From assembly GCA_002269645.1 (NCBI GenBank), contig NIVC01003789.1, positions 62,001-126,000 of the forward strand: 64,000 bases of DNA, in the 5' to 3' direction. The notes below the pieces were generated by a model, which had not been told where the DNA came from, searched no databases, and worked only from the letters and a program-made list of their open reading frames with translations. Positions 38,901-51,849 of the stretch are shown here, in pieces. The position numbers were made by a program, and so were the translations under genes. This stretch comes from Macrostomum lignano (taxonomy: Eukaryota). How positions within the stretch are numbered: the stretch's first letter is position 1; every line of letters starts with the position of its first letter.

Positions 38901-40249
38901 TGTCTGTAGGTGTCAGTTTTGGACAACCCAATCGTTTCCAGATCGTTTTTGACATTACCGAAACTCCTGCCCCAGTATCGATTTGTGCGTTCACGCTAAG
39001 CATCGACCCGCTCGTGTGTCTGAGCCTAACAGGCACGGTGTAGCTATCAACGGGATGTCGAATGTGAAAACAATCCTCCTGTTCAGCTTCGCTTGCATCT
39101 ACAAAGCTTGTGGTCCTTGGGCACACTGCAGCTCGCCTAAATTGACCAGATGCTGACGGGCTTTTGAACGATTTTCGGCCTTTGCCAAAACCAGTTGATT
39201 TCGTTTTGCAAACTGTTGCGAAGTGGTTTTGCATGCCACATTTGTTGCACGTTTTTCCTTTCGCAGGACACCCTCCATTGGAGCCATGCATTGTGCCACA
39301 TCTGCCACACTTGGAGCTTGTAGAATGGGAGCCTCTGGTCACCGATGCTGAAATTTTCATTACTTCAGAAGACTGCGGCTGACTGGTGCAACCCTTTAGT
39401 ATTTGCGTTTGTGATAGGTTCTGGTGCGCCTCAGCGATGTTGATAGCTGTCTCAAACGTGAGAGTGCTGAAGTCCTGTTCCAATAACTTGCTGATGGCCA
39501 CCTTGTCATTCAAACCGAATACGAGCTGATCTCTCAGTCTCTCATCTCTGGATAGGCCAAACTGACACTTGTCTGCCTGCATGCAGAGTTGCTGTGCATA
39601 CTCACGAATGCTCATTGATGCCGTGCGAGTGATATGCTGGAAATTGAATCTCTCAGCCATGACGAACGTCTTTGGTTCCAGGATGCTGGCCAGTAGTTTG
39701 GTCAGTTCATCGAAGCTCTTTTCTCCCGGCTTCTTGGGAGCGGCTCGGTCTGCCAATGCGTCGTACAGCTTGGTGCTGAGCTTCATCAGCAGCAGCTTGT
39801 TTTTCGTGTCGTCCTGCCAGCCGTTGAGTTCGCTGCACAGTGTGAATCGGTCCAACCACCTCTGGAAGTTCGAACTTTCATCGAGTTTTTCGATGTCAAC
39901 TTGCTGTCCTCTCGATACTTGTGCGCTTGGGTTCTGCGCTGTCGCTGTTGCCGACTTTGTCGCTTGGACTGATTTCGACGAGATCGCAAGCGGTGGTGCT
40001 TTGTCGCTCGAAACCGTTTTACCAACTCCTTTAGTTGGCGATGCTGGCGTACTTCCAGGCATTTTCGTAGCCTATGCTTGCCGACGCCACTGTTGTGCTT
40101 TTGGCTTTTAGCCTTTAGCAATTGTCAGTCTAGCGGTCTGCTGACCTCTGACGCGTCTATTATTTATTTCATAACTCAATAGCATGGTTCAATTCATCAA
40201 CGCAGTCGCGTGACAAAAATGTCTATGGCAAAGCCATCAACCCACAACA
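35916..40249 (-). mobile_element. Full-length Ty3/Gypsy LTR retrotransposon with short LTRs
   Basis: LTRs 35916-36072 and 40091-40249 (TG..CA, few differences), 5-bp TSD ATTCT, PBS TGGCG next to the 5' LTR, PPT at 36073-36084. Confidence 0.95.
36109..40062 (-). CDS. Gypsy gag-pol polyprotein (CCHC, protease, RT, RNase H, integrase) with one premature stop
   Basis: IDTGAG protease, YVDD RT, RNase H ECDSS..DALSR, integrase HHCC and D,D-35-E. ORFs 37228-40062 and 36109-37191 are in the same frame, separated by one TAA plus 12 codons. Confidence 0.92.
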
Positions 40250-43200
40250 ATTCTGATTGGTTCTGAGTTACACCGGTAACTGGGCAGTAGTGCGATTGTA
40301 GAATCCACTTTGCAAAAAATTTAGGGATTAATGGGTGGATTTGATTGTCAAAATAAGCAGCAAAACTTGGATTCCAGTTTTTTTGCAGCTTGCATACTGG
40401 GCATTGTACTGCTCGATGCTGTCTGTTTCTAGCAAAGAGAGTAGATCAGCTGAAATCATCATCCACCGTTCTTGCGAATCCAGAACCGGACGTCCCGCTT
40501 CAGATGGTTCCAGCATCCCAAAAATCGGATATTGGGGAAGACAGAAGCCATCGAATTTCTCAGCGCAATTTCTCCATCCATAACGCATGCCACATTAGTA
40601 GTTGCCAATGCAGGAAGCGAGGATTTCACTTCTTGCCACAAAAGTTTGTGGCGAGCCTCGAGCTTTCGATGGTAAATGAGAAAAAAGGCTGGGCAAACCG
40701 GATTGTTAATGAAAATTGGTAATCGAATTACAAGAGGTGAGACTAGTGCTCTTGTTATCTCAAATCCAGTATCATACGACAATAGCTGATTCCTATCGTC
40801 CAACAATAAAATGCGATTTAGCAAGTCCAGAAGCTCAGGACAGCCAGCTGGAATAGCTAAGTCAGGAAACGTCTGGATTGTACGAATAAATCCTGGTAGT
40901 TCATTGGCAAGTATGTGAATGTTCATAATTTCGTCTTTTGAATACAGATTTGGCATAGAGCTCTTAAGATTCTTGACTTGCTTTAGATTCCGAGGATTAC
41001 GCACTGGGTTGCTGCTTTGACCAAGATAAAGTCGATATGCTTGAGAAGGAGCAAGGGTCGAAAGTTCGGCTCGAAGATTGCCGAGCACCGATGGGCTAGT
41101 CCGCATAAAAGTTCCACAGTGCTTGCGGTTTTCGTGATACACCATGTTAGCAGGTGGTTGCACTGATGGATTTCCGATATAGTGGATCAGTGTCTTGCTG
41201 AAATAAGAACATTAGAAGCAGTTAGTATATTAAACTGTCAAAAACAGGATGCTACACCCGATTTTATTCAACATTTTATAATATATATTTACCTCGAATC
41301 TTTAGAGCCATTATAATTAATTAATTGATACGCTTGTCTGATGAATAAGCGGGACATTTGTCCAGAGGTGTTTCTGGAGAAATAGCGGTACTTATACAGA
41401 GTTGGACACGTTCTAAAAAGTTATTATTAATTTTGTCAAAATTATAATTTGCTAGATTAAATTCGAAAGCTTTTTTTATATTGTATATATGTAGCATTTT
41501 ATAAAAAACATAATATTGTTCTTAAAGAACATACCAGAAACAACTTGTTAGGTGTTATAAGCATATCTTATGGCTATGTCAATGTGTTAATGGATTTATG
41601 CATATTTCAATAAGTTGATTCTAAAAATAATTTTATATAATTTTTGGAGACAAAATGCAAATAATTTTAATACAAAATTTATACTTTTGGATAGAAAAAA
41701 CGTTTTGTATTAATTTATATGAGGAATTTGTTTACAAATTATATTCTTATTTTATTTAAATTAGCTCATATACTACACTAAAGCCTATAACCTATATTAT
41801 CTAAAATAATTTTGACTTTGCTAATAATCTTGCCCCACTCTAATACTCGTACAAGCTTATTTGCATAAAAAACATTCTGAACAATCAAAATCAATGCCTT
41901 TAATTGTGGCAGCAAGAGTGTACACAACTGGCAGCACCAATGCAGCCACACTGGAAACCACCCAAACTTGTCTAGCTGAGGTGGGGTGGTGCATACTAAG
42001 CTAGTCGGCTTGCTAAGTCGGGGGAGGAGGGGGTTGGCAAAGCCTATCATGCCACACCACCTTTTTGCACCTCCCTAGGCCCCTCAATCTTGTGCTTTTA
42101 GTAATTTTACAAATATACATGCAGAGAAGCACAAACTCTTCACTACCATTCGATCTATTGAAATAAAAAGGCCTTCTGCCTCTAGCTATTATAACCAACA
42201 TCATGCATAGGCCTTGAAAATTAATTTTATTATCATTTACAAGAGACTAATATTGTGTAGGAGCTAAAATTAGTTTTATAACTTATCAAAGCCTATATTA
42301 ATGCAATCAATTTTAAGACTTTTAATGAAGTATTTATGGGTTAACCAATATTAATATTGAAAAGAAATTGTAGAAACATTGTGTCAATATTTAAAAAATT
42401 TATTCAAAAAAGAAAATATAAAGCAATGCTAGTAATAAGACATTTACTAATAAAAAACCTCCAGTACTATTGACATTAAGCGGCAAGAAATAATGTTTCT
42501 ATGACCTATTTAGATGATTGGCAGCAGAACCTTGTCACAGGTATACAGAATTTTCCTATTTACTAAAATGTTACTGTTGTGGTGTGAGTACTAAGTACAA
42601 GTATTGAGTACTTCAGTCGTACCGTATTTATGTTTCAACAGTATTGTATTCAACTCAAATCATTGCGTAACATATAGCCAATCTGCCAGGTGTATACACC
42701 CAACGTGCACGCTTCATTTACTAACAAATATAAAGCGGCGGAGTCAGTCGAGACTCCACAATTCTTATTTCTCAACTCTCGCTCGCACAAAAACCCACGC
42801 GTTCGATACACAACAGTTACATTTAATTTTACATTACATTTTATATTTAATATATAAGATACAGCAAACAGATGCTGTATAACCTAATAGAAACTGTTTC
42901 AGTACCATTTGAAATAGTCTAGTGCTTTTAGACCTATTGTGTCTGGATGATCAGAATTTTTACCTCGGCAGTCGGTCTCGTCCTCCGTCTATCCATAAAT
43001 AGCCATCCGCCTTCCAGTCATCTGACTCGGACGTCGATTTAGGTTTATACAGATAAAGGGACTTTGTGGGTATATATATACCGGTGCCTCGAAAACACAG
43101 GCTTGGTAGGAGTGCTCTTTTAATAGCTTTAAAGCAATAGCTGTCGATAGCATTAAAAACTTTATTAAGAATAACTCATTTCTTGCAATAAAATTAAAAA

Positions 43201-46200
43201 TAAGCTGCTTGACACGCAAGTTACTGGCATGCACGTGCAGCCCCCATGCAATAAATTTAAATGATGGTAAGTATCAATGTTCGCTTTAATTAAAAAATGT
43301 ATATATATATATATATATTAATTATATATATATAATTATTAAACTAGTTATTTTTTACACTAACATCAATCAGTTTTCTCAGCAATCAAACACTGCATTG
43401 ACAAAAATGTTATAATGTGTAGCGCTGCTGGGGACCGGTGCGGGGCGTGTTTTAGGGAGACCCGTATCCTGCTGTAAATTTCCGATGTGTGCGCCTAACT
43501 AGCTCATAATTTGAAACAGCGCTCAAATTTCCCATCAGGATGGCCTACAGACAGGATGGTACTGGAAAATATCAATCCCGGGATAATCCTGGGATTTGAC
43601 ATTTCCTAATCCTGGGATCCCGGGATAGACAGAATACGGGATTTTGTGACCCCTCTCCCGAGACACAGATCACAGAGTTTTCAGTGTTTATTAATAATTT
43701 TTTACCCAATGAACCAAATCTCTAGAAATTGCACACAAATAGGCCTTGTTATGTAGGAAATCAGGCTTCATAAAAATATTACCGTCCTATTGCATTTTTT
43801 GCCTGATTTCAAGCTAAATATTAAAAAATCACTACTCTGATCAATTTCTAATCACTTTTGACTTTGACACATAAGCACTTGTTGCACACTCAAAAACTTG
43901 GTTGATTTTAGCCAGACATAAAGAAAACTCATTGCGGTATTTGCCTTTGATCTACCATTCTTTTAAAATTTTATTCATCCATTTTTTGGGCATCCAATCA
44001 GCCAAAAATCACTAATTATCAATTTCTGATAAATTTTTCAACCCAAAAGCAGCAAAATCAAACAGCAGCCATTTAAACCAATATAGTATAGCAACTATTC
44101 TATAGAAATTCGAAGTTAGATTATTTGCACCATGTTCTCAAAATTATAATGAGCAATAATGTGAAACTCATGTGATTTTTTGAAAAATTGATTTTTGTTG
44201 GTTTTCTCAGCACTGCATAATCGTATTGAGGTGGGGGTGGAGAAGAATTTTCTTGGAACTCTCGGTTTCAAAATATGCTAACACCAAGGGTGAGGTGGGG
44301 CAGATTCCTCGTTTGAATTGCCGCCAGCATTGTAGAAGCACAAATAAAGCCGGAAAATGCACGAATTGATGCACTGACTCTTCTTCTTGGATGCTCCATC
44401 TGCCGGGTCCTCAATTCTGGGGGAGGGTAGTCGTAATCGTAGTCGAGCGGTCTTGTAGTGGCCCGAGTCGTTCAGAAGGGGTCCTCAGACACCCTAAACT
44501 TGTAATTCGTCGAGATTGCTAGTTGTGTTACTCTCAGTAGTAAAGTAGCGCTGCCACTACCGTAAATGTCATTTTACGGAATGTTGAGGGTCTCAGAGCT
44601 TTCTTTGAGTTGAGACTGATTGGTTATTTTACGCCTCGTGGGCAAAGAACTCAATATAAACTAGAGGCTTCGATTAAGACCAACTGGATAAATATTAATG
44701 ATATTTGTGAACTTATTATTATTTTGTTATTATTATTATCGTTTAATTTTGCAGTAGTCAGTGATTAAGAAATTGTTATTACTCACGAAGTTAATTGAAT
44801 AAAAGACAAGCTAATTGACTAATAAATGAAGTTGTTACACATTACAATTAGATAGATGATTACGAGACAGTGCCGTGCAACTATCAGAAAACTAACAAAG
44901 CTAAGTTAAGTCATGGCCTATAAGATCAAACTAAAACAACCAAGAAGAAAGAAGAAAAGGGGGGAGGGGGGTTGACAAACTAAAGCAACGCCAAAGATTA
45001 AATACCAAAAGAATGCAAAAAAACAATCAGGGGGACACCAGAGGGAACACTGGTGGAAAAAGTGGACAAACCCGGGTGGAAAATGGCAAAACAAAGCGGG
45101 ACCAAGGGAAGGGGCAACCGATGGACCGGAGGTGGGAACAATGGGGGGAAGAAGACAGTTCAACCGGGAGAGCCGAAATGACATCAAAGAATCGTCCGCC
45201 GGGTGGAGGCGTTCCGAGTGTCGCCAACTGTTGCCGAAGCCCCAGTGGTAGACCAGCCTACCACAGGTGCGGGGGCACTGGGGGACCTGGCAATAGACGA
45301 TGACCGCCTCTAGTTGTCTTAGGTTCGGCGGCCCTGTGTCGCCGGCCAGCCGCGGCGAGCAGGGGCCTCAGGGTCGGGCTGAATTGAGCTGGCAACGCGG
45401 GTGTGGTGGCTGAGCTGCAAAAGGGCCGGGGTCAAACCTCGCCCCAGTGTCGCCGCATTGTCCACGAAGTGCCCGACCAGCAAGCAGAAAGTCCCATAGG
45501 GCAGACTTCCGGTTGTTGGCTGCCGCTGCTACTTGCACAAAAAGTCGGCCATTGCTAATACAGCGCGGGCCACTGCCGGTTGTCCTCGGGTCTGCACATA
45601 GCTGCGCCAATGGCGGCCGTCTGACATCTGCCGATTGTTGCCGTCCCCGGCGAGCTCCCATAGCAATAGCTCGGCAAGGTGCTGCACTGGTTTGGCCAGG
45701 GGGGCAGCAATTTCAGCCACCACTGGCAATGGCTGGCTTGACCCGCTTGTCCAATTGGTCGGCGGGATTGGCGGGGTGACGAATGGTTCCAGCCCCAGCA
45801 TGCAGATGGGCTCCGGTTCTGGGGCCAGCAGGATATTATCCACCCGTTCGAGTAGCTGGTGCAGGCCGGTGCCGAGGCTACTCGCTGGCGAGGGCGCCAG
45901 AGCCGATGGAGCCGGGCCCGGTGCAGCTTCGCCGAAGGGATCGAAAGCCGCGAGCAAGTCCTAATCAAAATCTTCGTTGTTGGCATTGCAGCCATTGGCG
46001 CATTCTAGCGCTTCGCGGATTTCACGGCTGAGCGGAGATTCATCTCCCATTGGGTCGTCGGCATTCATAGTCAATTAGGTGTTACAGATTGCAGAAATCT
46101 CACTGAGCAATATTCTTGGCCGATCACGCACAATTTTATGAAATACAAAGAAAGGCTCCTTTAAAAAGGGCACAAAATAATTCAACTGGTGGAATTTTAA

Positions 46201-47591
46201 ACCAACCAGAGGAAATAAAATTCAACCACTGGAATTGAGCCATCACCCCTGTGCACTCTAAGGTGGCACACAGAGTTGGGGTGGGCGCATGAATCAAGGA
46301 GTCATAAAATAGATAACCGCGCGGCAGGGGTCCAAAATCAGAATGAATGAATGGGGCACCTCGCATGGCTCACAACAGGCTGGCGGTTAGAGAGAGGGGG
46401 GCTGAATAATTGCATAAACAGTAGTTTAGAAAATAGTAAGAAACATAGGGTAGTTCCTAAAAATTAGAATAGCAGATAAATATAGGCATGGTAACCAAGT
46501 TAGAATTTGGATCTCCATAAGGAGTTACACAAAATGGCAAAAGGCACTGGGAAGGGGCTGGACAGGTGCCCTTACAAATTTTCCCAGGCTCGGCTTGGTC
46601 AGAACAAAGAAAAAATGGGGGCCATTCACCTCAGATGCCCTCCGCTGAGGACAAGGCCTAGAGCCAAGGTGGCTCGACCTGAGCGGGGCAAAACGCTGGG
46701 GGCACCCAAGCAACATGGCTTGCAAAATTAAAAGATACCTTCAGCCATAAGCAAAGACTGCAAGGTTTACAACTGAAAAAAAACTTTGCAAAGTTAATGA
46801 CACGCAATTGAGCAAAATTAATGAATTGCATGCGGATAAATAATTGTCACGTAGGTGCTAGCTTTTTCCATCAAGCCTAAGGCTAAATATCAGTACGCAG
46901 AAGTGCAGGTCACGTTGAATAAATATGGGCACCAATTGAGCATGAGCACAATATACAAAGGCTTTTGACCGGAAAGTGTAAGGTGCAGAAATTGGGAAAA
47001 TTAGTTGCTTTTGCCCTCAAGCATAAGGAAAGTACATTGAGAAACACTGCTTTTGCCATCAAGCATAAGGAAACAGACAGAAAAATTAGTTGCTTTTATC
47101 CCTCAAGCATAAGGAAAGTACATTGAGAAACACTGCTTTTGCCATCAAGCATAAGGAAATGGACAGAAAAATTAGTTGCTTTTATCTCGAAAGCATAAGG
47201 AAATGGAAAATTGAACGGGGAAAATTGAAAATCTGCTTTCAGCACAGAACAGGTGCAGAGAAAGCTTACAGCAAAATTTAATTTCACGTTCACAAACTTG
47301 ACTACTCATAGTAATGCGCATCGGTAATTTAGCTATTAGGCGCAATAAAAAAATGCAGGTAATTACCTTCTAGAGCTCCATCTCAATGCCAATGTCAAGC
47401 AAGTCCAGGTCGCCTTCGGCGAGCACCTCAGGGTGGCGCAAGCTGGGCTCGAACAGCTGACTGCCTCGCAGGTCAGGCTGAGCTGTGGTCGGCTACTCTG
47501 GTGCAGGCTGATCGGCTGGGTCGACTTCGCTGTTTTTGCTTGACTCATAGGGCAGCATTGGCCACTCTGTCTGGCGCGGCGGCTCCTGTGG

Positions 47592-50500
47592 TCAATTTGC
47601 CATCATCTGCGGCACCTTGATGATGTTGTTACAGTGAACTAGCATTTCAGCTAGGCATCCTCGGTGGGCTGTTGCTGGCTTGATCCAATATGCTACTTCT
47701 CCGACTTTCCTGACAACCTTGTATATACTTTTGTACGGCCGGTGGAACTTGGGCAGCTCTCCCAGTTCAAGCTTCGGGTTGGCCAGGCAGACCAGGTCTC
47801 CAGGCTGCAGCTCCACGGGCTTTGGCTGGTTCTCGTAGTACTCCTCTCAGCGCTGGATCTCAGCTCGCAGGCGTTGTCGTACCATCCTCTCTGTCTCGGC
47901 CAGTCTGCGCTAATGCTTGGCGATGTACTCCGGGAGATCAGCTGAAACATCCAGTCGGTCTAGAGTGTTATTGATCGGATACCGGTAGGGCACTCCATAG
48001 ACAACATAATGCGGCGAGAACCCGGTTGTACGATTGACTGCTGATCTTAAAGCTGTTAAAGCAGCTGGCAGCATCTTGTCCCATTGCGGATGGTCTTCTA
48101 GGAGACAGGTGAGCACCTTGATGTTCTTATTGCACGACTCGGCTTGTCCGTTGGCCCAGGGCAAATACGGCGGCGTCGTGGTCTGCCGGATGCCGTATAC
48201 TTTGCAGAAGTGCTGGAACTCGTGTCCTGTGAACTGTTTCCCTTGATCGGAGTGAATCCATGCTGGGATTCTGGTGATCAGAAACACTTGTTCCTGCAGG
48301 AGCGTTATAATGGTCTTGGCCCGCTGATTCTTCATGGCGAAGGCAAAGGGGTATTTCGATGTAGTGTCGACATAGGTCAAGATGTACTTGTTTCCTCGGT
48401 CTGTCGGGTCTCCAGTGGGGCCCAGGATGTCGATCGCACATCGCCCATAGATTTCACAGACCGGAAACAACTGTACATGCGCCAGAATTCGTCGCTGTCC
48501 CTTGCTTTGAGTGCAGGTCTGGCAGGAAGCAACATAGTCGGACACTGCCTTGGCTAGGGCAGGTCGCCAGAACTTTTCGCGCACCTTTGCGATGGTGAGG
48601 TCTCGGCCCATGTGTCCGCAGTAGGGCAAACCGTGGATGTCGGCGAACACCGTAGCGTCAAGACTCTTTGGCAGGATGATCCGCGCCGTTTCCTCCTCGC
48701 CGATATTGTCGAAATGAATTACCAGTAGTCCATCGTCTTGGACTTCGAGCTGCTCGTAGAACACTAGTAGGTTTCGTTCGTCTCGCGTCATATTCAAACG
48801 CTGATTCAGCGGCGGCTTTGGCTGTCGGCTTTCCAATAGATTGATCATCATGGCGATGGCAGAGTCAGCACGTTGATGATTCTGGAGCTCCTCACGAGTG
48901 ACTGGCCTCGGGATGTGATCAGTTAGATTCAATGTTGGGCGTCGGTTAGTCAAATTAGTCGGTGCGGCTTTGGCTATGGCGGCATGGTTCGGGGTCTAGA
49001 GCTCCCTCCGCACGATCGCTACTCTGGCCGGTTGCTGGGTCGTTGATGTGCCCGAAGGTTGATCCTCGTCGGTAGCTTCGGCGTCACTGTTGTCGGATTC
49101 AGATTGGTCAGCAGTTGATGATGAGTCAGCAGAGCTGTCCGCGTCGCTGCTGAATCTCACTCTTTTCTTGAACTTCAGGCAGCGAGCGGGTTGGCAGCTG
49201 TCCTCTCTGGCTGTGCTGTGGTCGCTGTCTGTGCCGTCTCCAGCTAGTAGTTGGCAGCTCCTTGACGGGCAACATGTTGTGCTACTGAAACTGGTAGGCG
49301 ACCTCTGCGAGTCATCGTAACGGCTGGCTGATGGCCTCGGCTTCGTCGCCGGCGGGTGCAGCTCTGTCAGCGGCTTGCTGTCGGCTGTCGGTATTGCTGG
49401 CGGCGTAGCCTTGCCGTTGGACTCCTTCGGCTTTGTTGGCGGTTTCCGTCGCTTACGGCGGGTCGACGGCTTCTTGCTCAGTGGAAGGCTAGGGTAACTG
49501 CTGTCGTGGACCTTCGGCGCCGCTGCGCCAGTTATCGCGGCTGGCTGCTTACTTTGGACCTCATCAGCTGCCTCGTGCTGAGCCTCCTCCAAGCATTCGG
49601 CGTTGTCCTCCGGCCGTCTCGAGAGACCGTTGGTGTTTTGATGCTGACTCGATTTGCGATGCTGGATCTCGAACTCGAATTTGCTTAGCCGCTGTAGCCA
49701 TCGTCCGAAGATGCCTACTTGTTGAGTTCCCTGGAGAATCCAGGTCAATGCTGCATGGTCAGTTCGACAAATGAACTTCTTGGCCAGCAGGTAGAAGCGG
49801 AAATGTCGCATGCCATCTACGACTACCAAGAGTTCTTGCTTAGTAATTGGATATTGGGCTTCAGCCGGTTTAAGTCGCCGGGAGAAATAGTCAATTGGGT
49901 GCTCAATCCCGTCAGCTTGGCGTTGGCTCAGGCAGGCTCCAATTCTGGTCGCAGAAGTATCCGTGTCCAGGATAAACATTACTTCTGGATCCTCGCTGAA
50001 CTGCGGATACGCGAGCACTGATGTCGAAGTCATGGCTGCTTTGAGCTGATCGAACGCGTCTTGCTAGGCTATTCCCCATAGACAATTGAAATTTCTAATC
50101 TTCTTTTCCTTGATTAAGTCGTGGAGCGGAGCTGCAAGTTCTGCGTAGCCAGGTACGAATTTAGCATAGTAAGCGCACGTGCAGACAAAACTTTTAAGTT
50201 GTCGAGCTGTTCTTGGTCTTGGCCAGGTCTGAATAGCCTCAATCTTCGCCAGATCGGTCTTGATTCCGTCCTTAGTAACTAGATGTCCCAGATAGTTTAG
50301 ACTTGCCCGAAAAAAATGGCACTTCCTGCCTTTGAACTTTAAGTTGGCCTCTTGAATTCGCTTAAATACTTCCTCCATACGCTGTAGATGGTCATTAAAT
50401 TTCTTAGAATAAACAATTACGTCATCTAGGTAGGCTATTGCATTTTTATAGGTGATTCCATTGAGCACAGCATTCATGAGGCGCATGAAGCTGGCTGGTG

Positions 50501-51830
50501 CTGAGCTTAATCCCATAGGCATAACATTGTAGGCGAATTGTCCGCGGTGCAATGTCAGATCCTGATCCTCTGGATGCAGTGGAATCTGATAGTAGCCGCT
50601 ATTGAGGTCGAACGTGCTGAATAGCTGGCTTCCTTCGAGGCTGGCGAATGCTTCTTGAATGTTAGGAATCGGGTATGGAAAGTACTCACATTTTTTGTTT
50701 AGACTCCTGAAGTCTTGTACAATTCTCAGGCTGCCGTCCTTCTTCGGGATGATCACCAGTGGGGTGTTGTAGCTGGAGAAGCTCGGTCTAATCACGCCTT
50801 TGGCAAGCAGATCATCAAGTAGCTGGTCCACCTTGGGCAGCAGATGCGGCGGAATCCGCCGGGTCGGCAGATGTACAGGATTCTTGTCCTTCAATACGAT
50901 GTTGTGGGTGACCAGGTGAGTTCGGTCAAGATCGTGTGGCCCCTGCAAGAAGATGGTCTTGTACTTCTTCAATAGCTCGATGACTTGAGCGTGCTGGTCG
51001 TTGGACAAGTCCTCGCCAATGTCGATCTCTTTGATCCAAGTGTCAGGATCTTCGTCTTGAACTTGATTAACTGAAGCTTCTAGCTTCGGCAGTGGAAAGA
51101 ATTGTAACTCGGGCAGTCTGATTGGTTTAGCAATCCCAACTAGGGCATTCGCTTGCACTTTGATGGAAGTAGTGCCTCAATTGATCATTTCAATAGCGCC
51201 TTCTCCATTGGCCATAGATATTAGGGCAGGTGCGGCGTCCAGTTGCTGCATATCTTCTTCACGCCGAGCCGGTTTTAGCGGCTCGATCACAGCGGGTGTG
51301 CCCTGGTTTTCTTCTTGTCCTTTTGCTAGTTTAATCTTGATTCGGGCTGATGATAACGGCGGCATGGTTGTGCTCTCAGCCGTGTAGATTCTGCACATGG
51401 TAGCTTTGGTTCGCATATAGGGCAGTGGTGCGGCAGTGCCATCTTTGAAAAATAGCATCCTGGCGGCGAGATCCAGTGATGTACTGTACTTCTCTAGGAA
51501 CTCGAAGCCCAGGATGTTGTCATGAGATCCCTTCGATAGCAGAAACTTGACTGTAGGCTCGAAACTTCCAATTTTAACTTTGATTGATAGTTGGCCTGCC
51601 ATTTGAATAGGCTCTCCATTGCAGGTCACAATGCGTTGCAGGCAGGGCTCGATTTGGCCACGCAAGGTCGGGTCATCGGTACATAGTCGGTGCCAGGTGC
51701 TGAATCCTAGGACTTCGCACTTGGAGCCAGTGTCAAGCAGGAAAGCAAAATAACGACCCTGAATCTCACCAGTTAGAAATAGATCCCTTCGGGGTCGCTT
51801 GGGTGCAGAGTTCTATACAGGTACAGCGGA
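47592..51830 (-). pseudogene. Gypsy pol (protease, RT, RNase H, integrase), fragmented
   Basis: FLLDTGS at ~51730, YLDD in 50064-51158, RNase H in 48996-50033, integrase HxxxGH..CxxC and D,D,E in 47910-48953; several stops and frameshifts. Confidence 0.92.
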
Positions 51831-51849
51831 GGCAGTCTCAGCAGTGGCC

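Larger units (their letters stand above)
33667..41200 (-). mobile_element. Mutator/MULE transposase-SWIM-USP (C19 peptidase) gene, disrupted by a Gypsy and a MITE
   Basis: MULE domain SYDTGF..VMDGE..CWNH (40459-41163); GVTQNQSE|SINAMLK split by the Gypsy; SWIM CSC..CSH (~35300). USP Cys box GLPNRNGKLCWFNASLHAV (~34660-34715), EYNDCFEFF, and His box VIVHLG..GHYVAY..LDD (33667-34119). Confidence 0.8.
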
